This document shows positions 1-9,190 of a DNA stretch of 48,912 nt, in pieces; within the stretch, counting starts at the first letter, position 1, and each line of letters begins with the position of its first letter. Source of the stretch: a virus; IMG/VR virus record IMGVR_UViG_2868238732_000001, positions 1 through 48,912 of that record. One strand, written 5' to 3'. The position numbers and the translations under genes are program-made. Under the pieces are notes generated by a model, which worked only from the letters and a program-made list of their open reading frames with translations, did no database searches and was not told the origin of the DNA.

Positions 1-162
1 TCAGAACTTCGAACTATTTTTTAAATTGATAAATACAACCTCATTACATTTCTTACAAACTAATACCAATATACCATCTTCACAACTTCTAAACTCAAAC
101 TTTTCAATATTTACATCAGTTTTTATATCTTCTATGTTTCCACATTTACACATTAATTTCAT
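1..162 (-). CDS. Small zinc-ribbon-like protein, 53 aa (not in ORF track)
   Basis: Manual translation MKLMCKCGNIEDIK...LVCKKCNEVVFINLKNSSKF*; GGAGG RBS upstream; CxC...CxxC pattern. Confidence 0.7.
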   Translation of the reverse strand: MKLMCKCGNIEDIKTDVNIEKFEFRSCEDGILVLVCKKCNEVVFINLKNSSKF

Positions 163-205
163 TATATGTCCTCCATTTTGTCAAATATCATTAAACTATT
201 ATACA

Positions 206-469
206 TCAAATTTTAAATAATATCCATCTACAACTATTGAACTCGTATTTTATCTCATATAGCTTTTCGACTCCATCGATTGCGCTTTGGCACTTATATA
301 CTAGCATATTATTTCCTGCCAGTTTTTCTTTATCTACGCAAATAACTTTATCTATTTTTATAACAGAATAACTTTCATCTTCATTCGTAATCCGAAATCT
401 TACAGGATTTATGTTGCCATTTACGTCAGTCCACGAGACCACTCCTATTGGTTTTGCTACAATTTTCAT
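206..469 (-). CDS. Small hypothetical protein co-transcribed with the Y-family polymerase (possible accessory subunit)
   Basis: 87-aa ORF with GGAG RBS, starting 10 bp after the polymerase stop. Confidence 0.7.
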   Translation of the reverse strand: MKIVAKPIGVVSWTDVNGNINPVRFRITNEDESYSVIKIDKVICVDKEKLAGNNMLVYKCQSAIDGVEKLYEIKYEFNSCRWILFKI

Positions 470-479
470 GTTATCACTC

Positions 480-1730
480 CTATAAAATAGATGACATTAA
501 TGGATAACCCTCTTCTCCTATACCTCCACACATAGCACTTAATCCAGAATTGAGAAAACAAGACTTACTAATAGCTTTACATCCATATTTTAATCTAATT
601 CCATCGATTACTTTATTTAGTTTACTGTCTTTTTCATAGTCAAAAGTGTCTAATAGAGAACTTTGGTAAAAATCGTTATTACAAAAATCTGATATGTTCA
701 GTCCTAAATGCCTTATTGGATTTCCTTTCCACACACTATCAAATAAAAAACAAACTATTTCATAAATCTTCATAGTTGAATCAGTTGCTACAACTAGTTT
801 TTTTTGACGAGAATAAGATATCATGTCGCTTCCTCTAATGCTAACGGAGACTACAGTGCAGCAATTCTGAGAATCCCTTAAACGCATAGCTACAGTTTCA
901 CATAGAGATAATATAACTTTATGTGCCGTATCTGAATCTACTACATCAAACGGTATAGTCGTAGAATTTCCTATCCCTTTTGCTTCAATGTGATTGCTTT
1001 TTCTAACGTCTGACGTTTCAATTCCATTTGCATAGTTCCAAATTACTTGCCCATGACTTTTTAGTTTATTCTTTAATATTCGTATATCATATTGTGCCAA
1101 ATCGCCAATAGTATTAATGTTTAGATTGTGCAATTTAGGGGATGTCGCTCGACCTATCATAAACATATCTTCAACAGGTAGTGGCCACATTTTCTTTTTA
1201 ATTTCATGAGGAAACAATGTGTGTATTCTATCGGGTTTGGTGAAATCGGATGCAACTTTTGCAAGCAACTTATTATTAGATATCCCTATATTTACAGTAA
1301 ACCCAAGTTCCTTCTTTATCCTCTCTTTTATAGTTTCAGCTAGTTCCATATAGTTTGGATATAAATGCTCCATGTTAGAAAAATCTAGGAAGCTTTCGTC
1401 TACACTAAATCTTTGAATTTGTGGCGTATATTCTTGAAATATTTGATGCATTGCTGAACTACACTGCATATATAATGAATATCTCGGAGGTACTATTACT
1501 AACTCTGGACACTTAGCTCTGGCATTATATAAGGTTTCTCCAGTCTGTATATTAAACTTTTTAGCTGGGATAGATTTTGTCAAAACTATTCCATGTCTGC
1601 TTTCTTCATCTCCACCTATCACCGATGGAATTGTTCTAAGATCTAATTGCTCTCCCTGTTGAAGCCTGTAGGTAGCTTCCCAGGATAAATAGGCACTATT
1701 TGCATCTATATGAAATATGAGTCTGCTCAT
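480..1730 (-). CDS. Y-family translesion DNA polymerase (DinB/UvrX/PolY-like)
   Basis: Motifs IFHIDANSAY, SIPAKKFNI, SVDESFLD, NKLLAKVASD, KPD; C-terminal D-x-IR-x-KYG of the UmuC/UvrX type. Confidence 0.95.
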   Translation of the reverse strand: MSRLIFHIDANSAYLSWEATYRLQQGEQLDLRTIPSVIGGDEESRHGIVLTKSIPAKKFNIQTGETLYNARAKCPELVIVPPRYSLYMQCSSAMHQIFQEYTPQIQRFSVDESFLDFSNMEHLYPNYMELAETIKERIKKELGFTVNIGISNNKLLAKVASDFTKPDRIHTLFPHEIKKKMWPLPVEDMFMIGRATSPKLHNLNINTIGDLAQYDIRILKNKLKSHGQVIWNYANGIETSDVRKSNHIEAKGIGNSTTIPFDVVDSDTAHKVILSLCETVAMRLRDSQNCCTVVSVSIRGSDMISYSRQKKLVVATDSTMKIYEIVCFLFDSVWKGNPIRHLGLNISDFCNNDFYQSSLLDTFDYEKDSKLNKVIDGIRLKYGCKAISKSCFLNSGLSAMCGGIGEEGYPLMSSIL

Positions 1731-1770
1731 AAATATTTTCCTTTCTGCTAAGTATTATATTTTAATATTA

Positions 1771-1782
1771 GAACATAAGTTC
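1771..1782. promoter_or_regulatory. LexA/DinR SOS (Cheo) box
   Basis: GAACATAAGTTC = GAAC-N4-GTTC, about 40 bp upstream of the Y-family polymerase start. Confidence 0.85.
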
Positions 1783-1933
1783 GTAATTATTATATCCTAC
1801 TTTAATGATTTTTAGAAGTAATTTATTTTTCCAAATTAAGACATTATTTTTAACTTGCATAGAAATAACAAGATTGAAATGATTAATAGTAAATAAATTA
1901 AGTTTTGGTTATACTAATAAAAAAGTAAGAGAG

Positions 1934-2755
1934 GTGTTAATAATGGCGGTAGCTCATAAAACAGTTATTTCCTTTGGCCTTGTTGCCATTCCGATATCTA
2001 TGTATACTGCTACTCAAGATAATGATATACACTTTAACCAGCTCCACAAAGAAGATAATTCAAGGATAAAATATAAGAAGACTTGCGCTCACTGTGGAAA
2101 AGAGATTATTACGAAAGATATTATCAAAGGATATGAATATGATAAAGAGCATTACGTGGTTGTAACAGATGACGATTTAGAAAAAATTAAAACTGAGAAA
2201 GAAAAATCAATACAAATAATGCATTTTGCACAGCTTAATCAAATATCACCAATTTATTATGATAAAACATATCAAGCTACTCCTCTAGCAGGTGGGGACA
2301 AAGCTTTTGAATTACTACGGGCTGCGCTTATGAGCGAGCAAAAGATTGCAATAGGTAAGACGGTAATGGGAACAAAAGAAACTTTACTTGCTATAATTCC
2401 TCGTGAGGATGGAATATTAATTTCTACAATGTATTATGAGGACGAAATTAAAGACCTTGCTAAATCCTACAATAAGCCAGAATTAGTAGAGGCTGAGGTT
2501 ACGATGGCAAAGGCATTAATCAACTCAATGATAACTCCTTTCGAGCCTGCTGAATATAAGGATGAATACCAAATAAAGCTACGTGAGTTACTTGAAACAA
2601 AAATAGCTGGTAAAGATATCGTTGCCTCTAAGTCTGAAGCTCCAAATAATATTATTAATCTTATGGATGCATTAAAGGCTAGTATTGAGCAAAATAAAGT
2701 TAACGAAACTCCAAAGCCTAAAGAAAAACGTAAAAAAACTTCTAAAGGTGCATAA
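1934..2755 (+). CDS. ku: Ku NHEJ DNA end-binding protein (likely start at 1943)
   Basis: ISFGLVAIPI, FNQLH, RIKYKKTC..CG, KGYEYDK, YKDEY, NIINLMDALKAS and basic C-tail are typical of prokaryotic Ku. Confidence 0.95.
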   Translation: MLIMAVAHKTVISFGLVAIPISMYTATQDNDIHFNQLHKEDNSRIKYKKTCAHCGKEIITKDIIKGYEYDKEHYVVVTDDDLEKIKTEKEKSIQIMHFAQLNQISPIYYDKTYQATPLAGGDKAFELLRAALMSEQKIAIGKTVMGTKETLLAIIPREDGILISTMYYEDEIKDLAKSYNKPELVEAEVTMAKALINSMITPFEPAEYKDEYQIKLRELLETKIAGKDIVASKSEAPNNIINLMDALKASIEQNKVNETPKPKEKRKKTSKGA

Positions 2756-3690
2756 TGGATTTGTTTGAGAGCAAAGGAATAAAACCTATGTTGATAGGTG
2801 AGGCTCAAGAGGCTTTTGACAGCTTGGATTATATTTACGAGTTAAAGCTCGATGGTCATCGGTGTATAGCTTATCTTGATAAGGATTCCTCAGATTTACG
2901 AAATAAGCGAGATATTAAAATGCTTTCAAAATTTCCAGAACTTTTAAATATAAACAAGCAAGTCAAGTATCGTTGTATTTTAGATGGCGAATTGATTGTT
3001 ATCAAGGATGGCAAGCCAGACTTTCCGGAGATTCAGAGGCGCTCTCTATTGTCGAACACCTTTAAGATTCAACTTGCATCCGCTAAACTGTCGGCCAGCT
3101 TTACAGCATTTGATATCCTTTATTATAAGGATCATTCAGTTATAGACTTACCATTGATGGAGCGTAAAATGCTACTAGAAAAAAACATAAAGGAAAATGA
3201 GCGCATTGCTGTTTCTCGCTACATCGAGGAACGTGGGATTCAGTTTTATCAACTTGCCAAACAAAATGAACTTGAAGGAATAGTTGCTAAGATGAAAGAT
3301 AGCAAATATTATTTTGATAAGAAGACTAAGGATTGGATTAAAATTAAATACCTACTTGATGATGACTTTGTAGTATGTGGATATATTCTTAAGGAGAACG
3401 GTGCAATCAGCATTGTTCTTGGTCAATATTCAGGCAAAGAACTGGTATGTAAGGGTCATGTTACGTTGGGAATATCAACAGAGGATTTTAAATCAATAGA
3501 ATCAATGCCTAGAATAAATTCTCACCCTTTTTATGAATTGCCTTCTGGGAACGATAATGCTATATGGATAAAACCTGGCCTTGTATGTATTGTAAAATAT
3601 ATGACAAAAACAGCAAATGGTTCATTGCGACAACCTGTATTTAAAGGTCTTAGGGTAGACAAAGACCCCAAAGATTGTATCGTAGAATAA
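2755..3690 (+). CDS. ATP-dependent DNA ligase (LigD ligase domain only)
   Basis: Motifs ELKLDGHR (KxDG), LDGEL, FDIL, LEGIVAK, WIKIK, LRQPVFKGLR; TAATG overlap with ku; no polymerase or phosphoesterase domain seen. Confidence 0.93.
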   Translation: MDLFESKGIKPMLIGEAQEAFDSLDYIYELKLDGHRCIAYLDKDSSDLRNKRDIKMLSKFPELLNINKQVKYRCILDGELIVIKDGKPDFPEIQRRSLLSNTFKIQLASAKLSASFTAFDILYYKDHSVIDLPLMERKMLLEKNIKENERIAVSRYIEERGIQFYQLAKQNELEGIVAKMKDSKYYFDKKTKDWIKIKYLLDDDFVVCGYILKENGAISIVLGQYSGKELVCKGHVTLGISTEDFKSIESMPRINSHPFYELPSGNDNAIWIKPGLVCIVKYMTKTANGSLRQPVFKGLRVDKDPKDCIVE

Positions 3691-3720
3691 CTCCATTCAA
3701 TTTAGCAGGGAGAGATAATT

Positions 3721-4092
3721 ATGTATAATGAAGGCCAAATTAAATACAAAAATAACAATATTACACTAATTGAGGACAATGAAGATATTGCAAAAATTGA
3801 TATTACAACATCTAAAGGTCACATGTTTAGAGATAAAGCATTAATGATTGCAGACGATCAGCGTGGAGGAGATTTTACTGCATTAGTTTCAAATCTTACA
3901 GAGATAGAAAAAGAAAATCTATTTAATGCACTAGATGCAAGCTTACATAATTATACCGATACCAGTGCATATATGACAGATAAGATTGCGGATTTAGAAG
4001 GCCAGATAGATAATTTAACTGAGTCAACTTGTGATACTGAAGAAGAAAGTGCATTTGACGGTGAGTATGATTTTTATGAAAGCGAACTCTAA
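3721..4092 (+). CDS. Acidic hypothetical protein, third gene of the ku-ligase unit
   Basis: 123-aa ORF, GGGAG RBS, 30 bp after the ligase stop. Confidence 0.75.
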   Translation: MYNEGQIKYKNNNITLIEDNEDIAKIDITTSKGHMFRDKALMIADDQRGGDFTALVSNLTEIEKENLFNALDASLHNYTDTSAYMTDKIADLEGQIDNLTESTCDTEEESAFDGEYDFYESEL

Positions 4093-4135
4093 AATCGTAC
4101 TAAAATTTAAATTGTCAACCTCATACACAAGAAAA

Positions 4136-4183
4136 AAATAACCCATATAAATTACAAATTAATGTAACTTATATGGGTTATTT
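4136..4183. terminator. Bidirectional intrinsic terminator
   Basis: Inverted repeat AAATAACCCATATAA / TTATATGGGTTATTT between convergent genes. Confidence 0.8.
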
Positions 4184-4280
4184 ATAGTAATACTGGGACT
4201 GCCAATGCAGCTAAAATAAATATAACTGCTACAAATGTTACTAAGTTTAATTTTATAAAACTTCTTTTTGATTTATACAT
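4182..4280 (-). CDS. 32-aa membrane micropeptide resembling a type IV pilin N-terminal helix (not in ORF track)
   Basis: AGAGGT RBS then MYKSKRSFIKLNLVTFVAVIFILAALAVPVLL*; terminators on both sides. Confidence 0.7.
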   Translation of the reverse strand: MYKSKRSFIKLNLVTFVAVIFILAALAVPVLL

Positions 4281-4338
4281 GCAATTACCTCTTTTGTTTT
4301 TCTTTAAATTGTTGACATTAATTATAACTTTTAATCAA

Positions 4339-4396
4339 AAAAATAAGGTAATACATAAAATCTCAGTTAAGAGAAAAAATGTACTACCTTATTTTT
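4339..4396. terminator. Intrinsic terminator after the holin genes
   Basis: Inverted repeat AAAAATAAGGTA...TACCTTATTTTT. Confidence 0.7.
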
Positions 4397-4420
4397 GTAA
4401 CTTGAAATTCATATTTTATA

Positions 4421-5041
4421 TTATTGAACTGGTGCGATAGTTGCTAAAATATCTTGAATTTTAGAAATAGCACTAGCTACATCTACAACCGGTAATATTG
4501 GAGCCACTGGTGTCTCAGGAACCATTCCCGATTCTACAGTTGTTGCCGAAACTGGTTCTGAAACTGTCTCAACTGGAATAGCTATAGTTTCCTCTATGGG
4601 TGCTGTAACCTCATTAGTTTCTACAGGTGTAATTACTTCCGTTTCTGTTTTAATCTCTGCTGCTATTTCATTAGGAGCTTGTACGGTATCAGGTTTAACT
4701 TCCACAGGGGACACTATAACACTAGTACCTGGAACCATTTGAACAGAAGCGTATTCTTTAAATTTAGAAAGTGAGAAGGTAATAGCTCTCTTAACATTAT
4801 CTTCTGATACAAATAATTTAATTACTCTTGGGAGTTCTCCATAAGCCGTATCTAATACATAAGTAAACTTTTCTGGATTAGTTGCATCCAATGATTGAGC
4901 CTCAGATACAAGAGAATAAATCCCTGTATATACTCTTTGTCTGTCCTTGGCAATTAAAGCAGAGATTATCCCCACTATAATTATTCCTAAAGTTGTTAAT
5001 ACACTTGAATTGTTTGATATAAAATTTGTGATTGTGTTCAT
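4421..5041 (-). CDS. Holin-like membrane protein (LL-H-like N-terminus) with Pro/Glu/Thr/Val-rich tail
   Basis: One N-terminal TM helix, LVSEAQ...K..YV...Y..LP pattern, low-complexity C-terminal half, lysis-module position. Confidence 0.6.
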   Translation of the reverse strand: MNTITNFISNNSSVLTTLGIIIVGIISALIAKDRQRVYTGIYSLVSEAQSLDATNPEKFTYVLDTAYGELPRVIKLFVSEDNVKRAITFSLSKFKEYASVQMVPGTSVIVSPVEVKPDTVQAPNEIAAEIKTETEVITPVETNEVTAPIEETIAIPVETVSEPVSATTVESGMVPETPVAPILPVVDVASAISKIQDILATIAPVQ

Positions 5042-5061
5042 TTTACATTCCTCCTAATTAT

Positions 5062-5577
5062 TTATTTATTTTTGTTTGTTTCGATTACTTCATTCTTTTT
5101 ATTCTTTATATACTTTAAAAATGGTTTAAAAAATGCAAAACCCGAGGCAATAAAATTCTCAAAAATACTTGAGGTCTCAACTAATATTAAAAGTGTATAA
5201 AAAGTATTTGAAATTATACTCCCACCAATCATTTGTGGTATAACTATAAATTGATGAGCCATATATAAAACTGGTGAGTATAATATTGTCTTTACACAAA
5301 CCCCATTTTTTAATGCCCTTGAAGTTAATATAGCAGGCTTTTCAGTCCAACCTTTTAAGTAATTGTGAATACTAAATTCTCCATATTTCATTACTACCAA
5401 TGAAGCTTGTTTTGTTATTAAATCTATTACGATGAGGACTAGTATAAAGACTAGAACCTGCTTTGGATAACCTATAGCTCCAAGAAAGATCGAGATTATG
5501 ACAGATAGACATAATAGTGTCTTGTTAAGCATTGACTGTAAAATTATCAATGCTTGATTGAATATTTCTGCAAACAT
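5062..5577 (-). CDS. Phage holin (Phage_holin_4_1-like)
   Basis: Several hydrophobic segments, LIVIDLIT and ILVETSSIFEN motifs, basic C-terminus. Confidence 0.7.
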   Translation of the reverse strand: MFAEIFNQALIILQSMLNKTLLCLSVIISIFLGAIGYPKQVLVFILVLIVIDLITKQASLVVMKYGEFSIHNYLKGWTEKPAILTSRALKNGVCVKTILYSPVLYMAHQFIVIPQMIGGSIISNTFYTLLILVETSSIFENFIASGFAFFKPFLKYIKNKKNEVIETNKNK

Positions 5578-5630
5578 TTTGATGCTCTCCTTTCAAATTT
5601 GAATTTGTCACCTTCTTTCCTTTTGTAGAT

Positions 5631-6653
5631 TTAGTCAGTGAATGCATCATCTGCATCGTCCGTGTCTTCTCTAATAACATAAATTTTTGTGGTTTCTACA
5701 CTCTTATGTCCTAATAATTTCTGAGCGGTTTCTAAATCTTTACCTGAATGCAATACAAGATTTGTAGCCCGACTTTCTCTGAACAAATGTGGATGTACTC
5801 GTCTTCCTACAATTGAAGCAAATAATTTCTTGCACCAATAATTAAAATTCTCAGGAGGTCTGCCATGAGCCCCATTTTTGTCTTTAATAACAAACATATA
5901 TGGGCAATCATCTTCTCCACGAAACTCTAGCCAGTTCTTTAAGGCTTCCATAGCTTCCTCTGAGAATTGTAATTTTCTAACCTTCCCTACAACTCCCTTA
6001 CCCTTACAACGTATGTCGTGGGTTCTGTATGAGGTAACTTCTATCTCTGTTTCGTTTCCTTGATCATCTTTTACTTTTGATTTTCCTATTTTGGGTTTAT
6101 AATTGACAACCTCTTTTAAGAGCAAGGAACTTTCAGTACGCCTACAACCTGTAGAGTATGTAAACTTTAGATATGCTAATTTCTCCCATTCTCCAAGTTT
6201 TTCTAACTCATCACATAAGTGAAGATATTCAGTAGGAGTTAATGGTTTCTTTTCATTTACTTCTCCAAGGCTTGGAACCTTAATTCCTTTATTGACAAAG
6301 TTTCTAAATGTAGGATACTGCTTCTGATAATAAAGCATGATGTAATTATTTAATGTACTTACAGAAGCTCTTTTAAATCTAATAGCACTTTCTCCTAACC
6401 CATTGTTGTACAACCAACTTTGAAATTTTTTATAATCTATACTTTCAACCTCATACAAAGGCTTATTTTTACAAAATTCTCTAATATAATTTATCCAAAT
6501 TCTTAATGATGATCTGTACTGTGGTTTAGTTTGAGGAGAAAGCTCGTCACTATTATCTATAAACTCTTCGATTATCTGTTTATTGTAATCATTACATAGT
6601 TGATACATTTCTTCCGTTAAGTTCGCTAATTTTTTAGCCATATATTTCGTCAC
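5631..6653 (-). CDS. Tyrosine recombinase/integrase-family protein (SPbeta YomM-like)
   Basis: Catalytic set TGCRRTE, KGK, HPHLFR, LLGH, TTKIY; GTG start with AAGGA RBS. Confidence 0.92.
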   Translation of the reverse strand: MTKYMAKKLANLTEEMYQLCNDYNKQIIEEFIDNSDELSPQTKPQYRSSLRIWINYIREFCKNKPLYEVESIDYKKFQSWLYNNGLGESAIRFKRASVSTLNNYIMLYYQKQYPTFRNFVNKGIKVPSLGEVNEKKPLTPTEYLHLCDELEKLGEWEKLAYLKFTYSTGCRRTESSLLLKEVVNYKPKIGKSKVKDDQGNETEIEVTSYRTHDIRCKGKGVVGKVRKLQFSEEAMEALKNWLEFRGEDDCPYMFVIKDKNGAHGRPPENFNYWCKKLFASIVGRRVHPHLFRESRATNLVLHSGKDLETAQKLLGHKSVETTKIYVIREDTDDADDAFTD

Positions 6654-6673
6654 TCCTTATTTTTACGCATAAT

Positions 6674-6700
6674 AAAAAGCAAGAAATTAATTCTTGCTTT
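6674..6700 (-). terminator. Intrinsic terminator after endolysin
   Basis: Perfect 10-bp stem AAAGCAAGAA/TTCTTGCTTT followed by a T tract on the minus strand. Confidence 0.8.
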
Positions 6701-6714
6701 ACTTCTATTCTTAT

Positions 6715-7467
6715 TTAACCTTTACACAATTTATTTATCTTCTGATAAGCTGCCTCTGTATTTGTACCCCAATATCCATCCTCGTCAATTGGTAATCTTG
6801 TGTCTGTGATTTTATTGAACCAGATTTGGAAAGACTTGCAATACTTGTATTTTTTACCTTTGTTAATATAACTTAAAAGAAAATCAAGAGAATTTTGTGT
6901 CAATATACCATAAAATCCATCCTCATCAAGTCTCGTCCCCGTTCCTGTTTCTTTGTTATAGAAAATTTGCCAAGCTTTGCAATATCTTTCACTTGATTTA
7001 TTTGGAACAGAAGGGGATGTAGACGAGTTTACTAATCGCTTAATCTCAGTTAATGGATAATTAGTACCTGGACAGTCGGTTGAATAGGGCACTTCTTTAT
7101 GTCCTTTAATGTCATTTACTCCATGTCTGCCACATATATCTTTGCACAAACCAACTATTGTTTGTTTCTGTATTTCATTCATTGTTTCTGTCATAAAATC
7201 ACCTTCAGCACAAATTGAGATACTACATCTATTTACTCCAGTACAATGTGAACCTTGTGCTTTTTCTGGTCTACCTCGATATATATTACCTTTCTTATTT
7301 ACAAAGTAGTGATAACCACACATTGTCCATCCATTATTTAAGTGCCAAGTATTTATATCTTGAATTGTACAGTTTTTAGCCTCTGCATGATGTAGTACTA
7401 TCATTTTTGGTATATTATTATAATTTAAATCTCCATTTCTTCTAAGATTTGTTTCTATGACATTCAT
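6715..7467 (-). CDS. Endolysin, N-acetylmuramoyl-L-alanine amidase (Amidase_2) with two C-terminal cell-wall-binding repeats
   Basis: IVLHH, GYHYF, GR, GSH, ICAEG, GHKE, TDCPG; repeats YCK.WQ..N...LDEDGFYG..T and YCK.FQ..N...IDEDGYWG..T. Confidence 0.92.
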   Translation of the reverse strand: MNVIETNLRRNGDLNYNNIPKMIVLHHAEAKNCTIQDINTWHLNNGWTMCGYHYFVNKKGNIYRGRPEKAQGSHCTGVNRCSISICAEGDFMTETMNEIQKQTIVGLCKDICGRHGVNDIKGHKEVPYSTDCPGTNYPLTEIKRLVNSSTSPSVPNKSSERYCKAWQIFYNKETGTGTRLDEDGFYGILTQNSLDFLLSYINKGKKYKYCKSFQIWFNKITDTRLPIDEDGYWGTNTEAAYQKINKLCKG

Positions 7468-7499
7468 TTTTCTATATTCCTTCTTCCATATTTTATATA

Positions 7500-7772
7500 T
7501 TATTTTCTTTGTATTCCTAATATTTTCATTGACTCTTTTATGGTCTTAGCAATTTCTTTTTTAGCTACGTCTATTTCATCCATTTTTAATATTTGCATAC
7601 ATAATGCTAATAAATTAGCTTGTACCTCTTTTGATGTATCTCTATCTTCTTCTGTTACTTTTAATTGTCTTTCTAAGTGTTTTATTTCATTTAATAATGC
7701 TTGAGTATATGCACTTTTTTCTTCCTCATATGTCATTTTTGTATTTACCTTTACGTTATTTTTACATTCCAT
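7500..7772 (-). CDS. Hypothetical coiled-coil protein
   Basis: 90-aa ORF with AAGGAG RBS. Confidence 0.7.
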   Translation of the reverse strand: MECKNNVKVNTKMTYEEEKSAYTQALLNEIKHLERQLKVTEEDRDTSKEVQANLLALCMQILKMDEIDVAKKEIAKTIKESMKILGIQRK

Positions 7773-7908
7773 TGTGTTTACTCCTTTTATTTCCTTATTT
7801 TAAAACAATCATTTTAATAGTGTATTTGACATATTTTTCTAATAATTAAAAGGCAAAATAAAAAAGATATATTCCTATATCTCAACTTCGCCTTTTAAAA
7901 TCTTGAAT

Positions 7909-8073
7909 TTATATTATTACTTTACTGTGTAAAATTATCCAATCTTCAATAGCTTTTTTATATTCTGCATTAATTATGTCAGACAAAAGAAAAATTTGAT
8001 GTGTCTTTGGATTTTCACCTTTATCCATGATTCTATTTGCAATTATTTCAACTACTATCATACTAACTTCCAT
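7909..8073 (-). CDS. Small tail-associated protein, 54 aa (XkdX-like position; not in ORF track)
   Basis: MEVSMIVVEIIANRIMDKGENPKT...KVII*; TAATG overlap with upstream gene and GGAGG RBS. Confidence 0.75.
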   Translation of the reverse strand: MEVSMIVVEIIANRIMDKGENPKTHQIFLLSDIINAEYKKAIEDWIILHSKVII

Positions 8074-8375
8074 TAAAATATACCTCCTTCAATATTTTTA
8101 TTTGTGTTTAATAACATTTCATTTTCTAATCTTTTAAGTTTTTCTTCTGTTGTTTCTGCATACTCAATTTTATTATCAATTATAATTTTTTTTGTAACAA
8201 CGTCTATATGATATTTAATTACTTCCTTCAATGTTGTGTCTCCGAAAGGTAAATCTATATAATCAATTTCTAAAGGTCTTAGTCCTTCTTGTAAACTACC
8301 TTGCATTTCATCAAAACAATCATTTAAAACTTTACCTGTTAATTTATCATATATTATTCTTTTTCCTATTTGCAT
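8073..8375 (-). CDS. Tail fibre assembly-like protein (XkdW-like position)
   Basis: GKRIIYD..TG.V pattern and EEKLKRLENE coiled coil; follows fibre gene. Confidence 0.7.
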   Translation of the reverse strand: MQIGKRIIYDKLTGKVLNDCFDEMQGSLQEGLRPLEIDYIDLPFGDTTLKEVIKYHIDVVTKKIIIDNKIEYAETTEEKLKRLENEMLLNTNKNIEGGIF

Positions 8376-8400
8376 TTATAATCACGTCCTTTTCTTTTTA

Positions 8401-9156
8401 TTATTCGAATGCTATCCAATCCCATGTTCCTACGAATTCATTAGCACTACTAAGGGCAAACTTAAATCCACCATCTGCTATATATGACCATGGAGGAGAA
8501 TTTATTTCCTGATGTCCTAATGTCATTCCAGAACTCCATAAATCATGGTAATACGGGTAATACATTCCCATTTTGGAAGTATACATAACACCGCAACCAT
8601 AACCTGTTTGTTTGCTACACATAATTGTACTAGGTTTAAAACTTAATCCATTAACTGTTATAGCATATCCATTAGTATACATAGCATTGTAAGTGCCACT
8701 TGCAAATTTTTTACCGCCTAAACTTGTTAATGTTGCTATTCCCGTTCGTAAAATTCCGTCAGCATTTGTAAAAGTTTTACCACTTATTACATCTAATTCA
8801 ACTGCGTTTCCTCCTCCTGTTTTAATTGCATTTATTCCTGCTATAAGGTCGATAAAATCCTTACTTATAGGTATTACTTTTTTGCCGATAGTTGCGGAAT
8901 AAATACCATCTTTCCAACTAACGACAGAGGTTTTTAAATCTGTAATTTGTTTCGTTGTATCCGTAAATTGTGACGTAACGCTTCCATTTAGAGTTACTAT
9001 CTTATCTACTATTTCCTCCAATGCCCCTTCAACATTCGTTGCACCTATTTTATTGTTTTTATCGGTTATATCTACTATATCTGCATCAGTTTTGAAATGA
9101 TAAGACTTTAAACCATTTCCATCTATGTCATAATTATATTCTGCTTTTATTGTCAT
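8401..9156 (-). CDS. Tail fibre / receptor-binding protein
   Basis: ATNVEGALEE, DVISGKTF, KKFASGT, GLSFKPS, terminal WIAFE. Confidence 0.7.
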   Translation of the reverse strand: MTIKAEYNYDIDGNGLKSYHFKTDADIVDITDKNNKIGATNVEGALEEIVDKIVTLNGSVTSQFTDTTKQITDLKTSVVSWKDGIYSATIGKKVIPISKDFIDLIAGINAIKTGGGNAVELDVISGKTFTNADGILRTGIATLTSLGGKKFASGTYNAMYTNGYAITVNGLSFKPSTIMCSKQTGYGCGVMYTSKMGMYYPYYHDLWSSGMTLGHQEINSPPWSYIADGGFKFALSSANEFVGTWDWIAFE

Positions 9157-9190
9157 AAAATTTAATCCCCTTTCTTTTATATTATTTCTA

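Noticed and set aside
1887-1916. Forespore sigmaF/sigmaG promoter for ku (GGTTATACTA)
   Set aside because: The -10-like part fits but there is no convincing -35 at the right spacing
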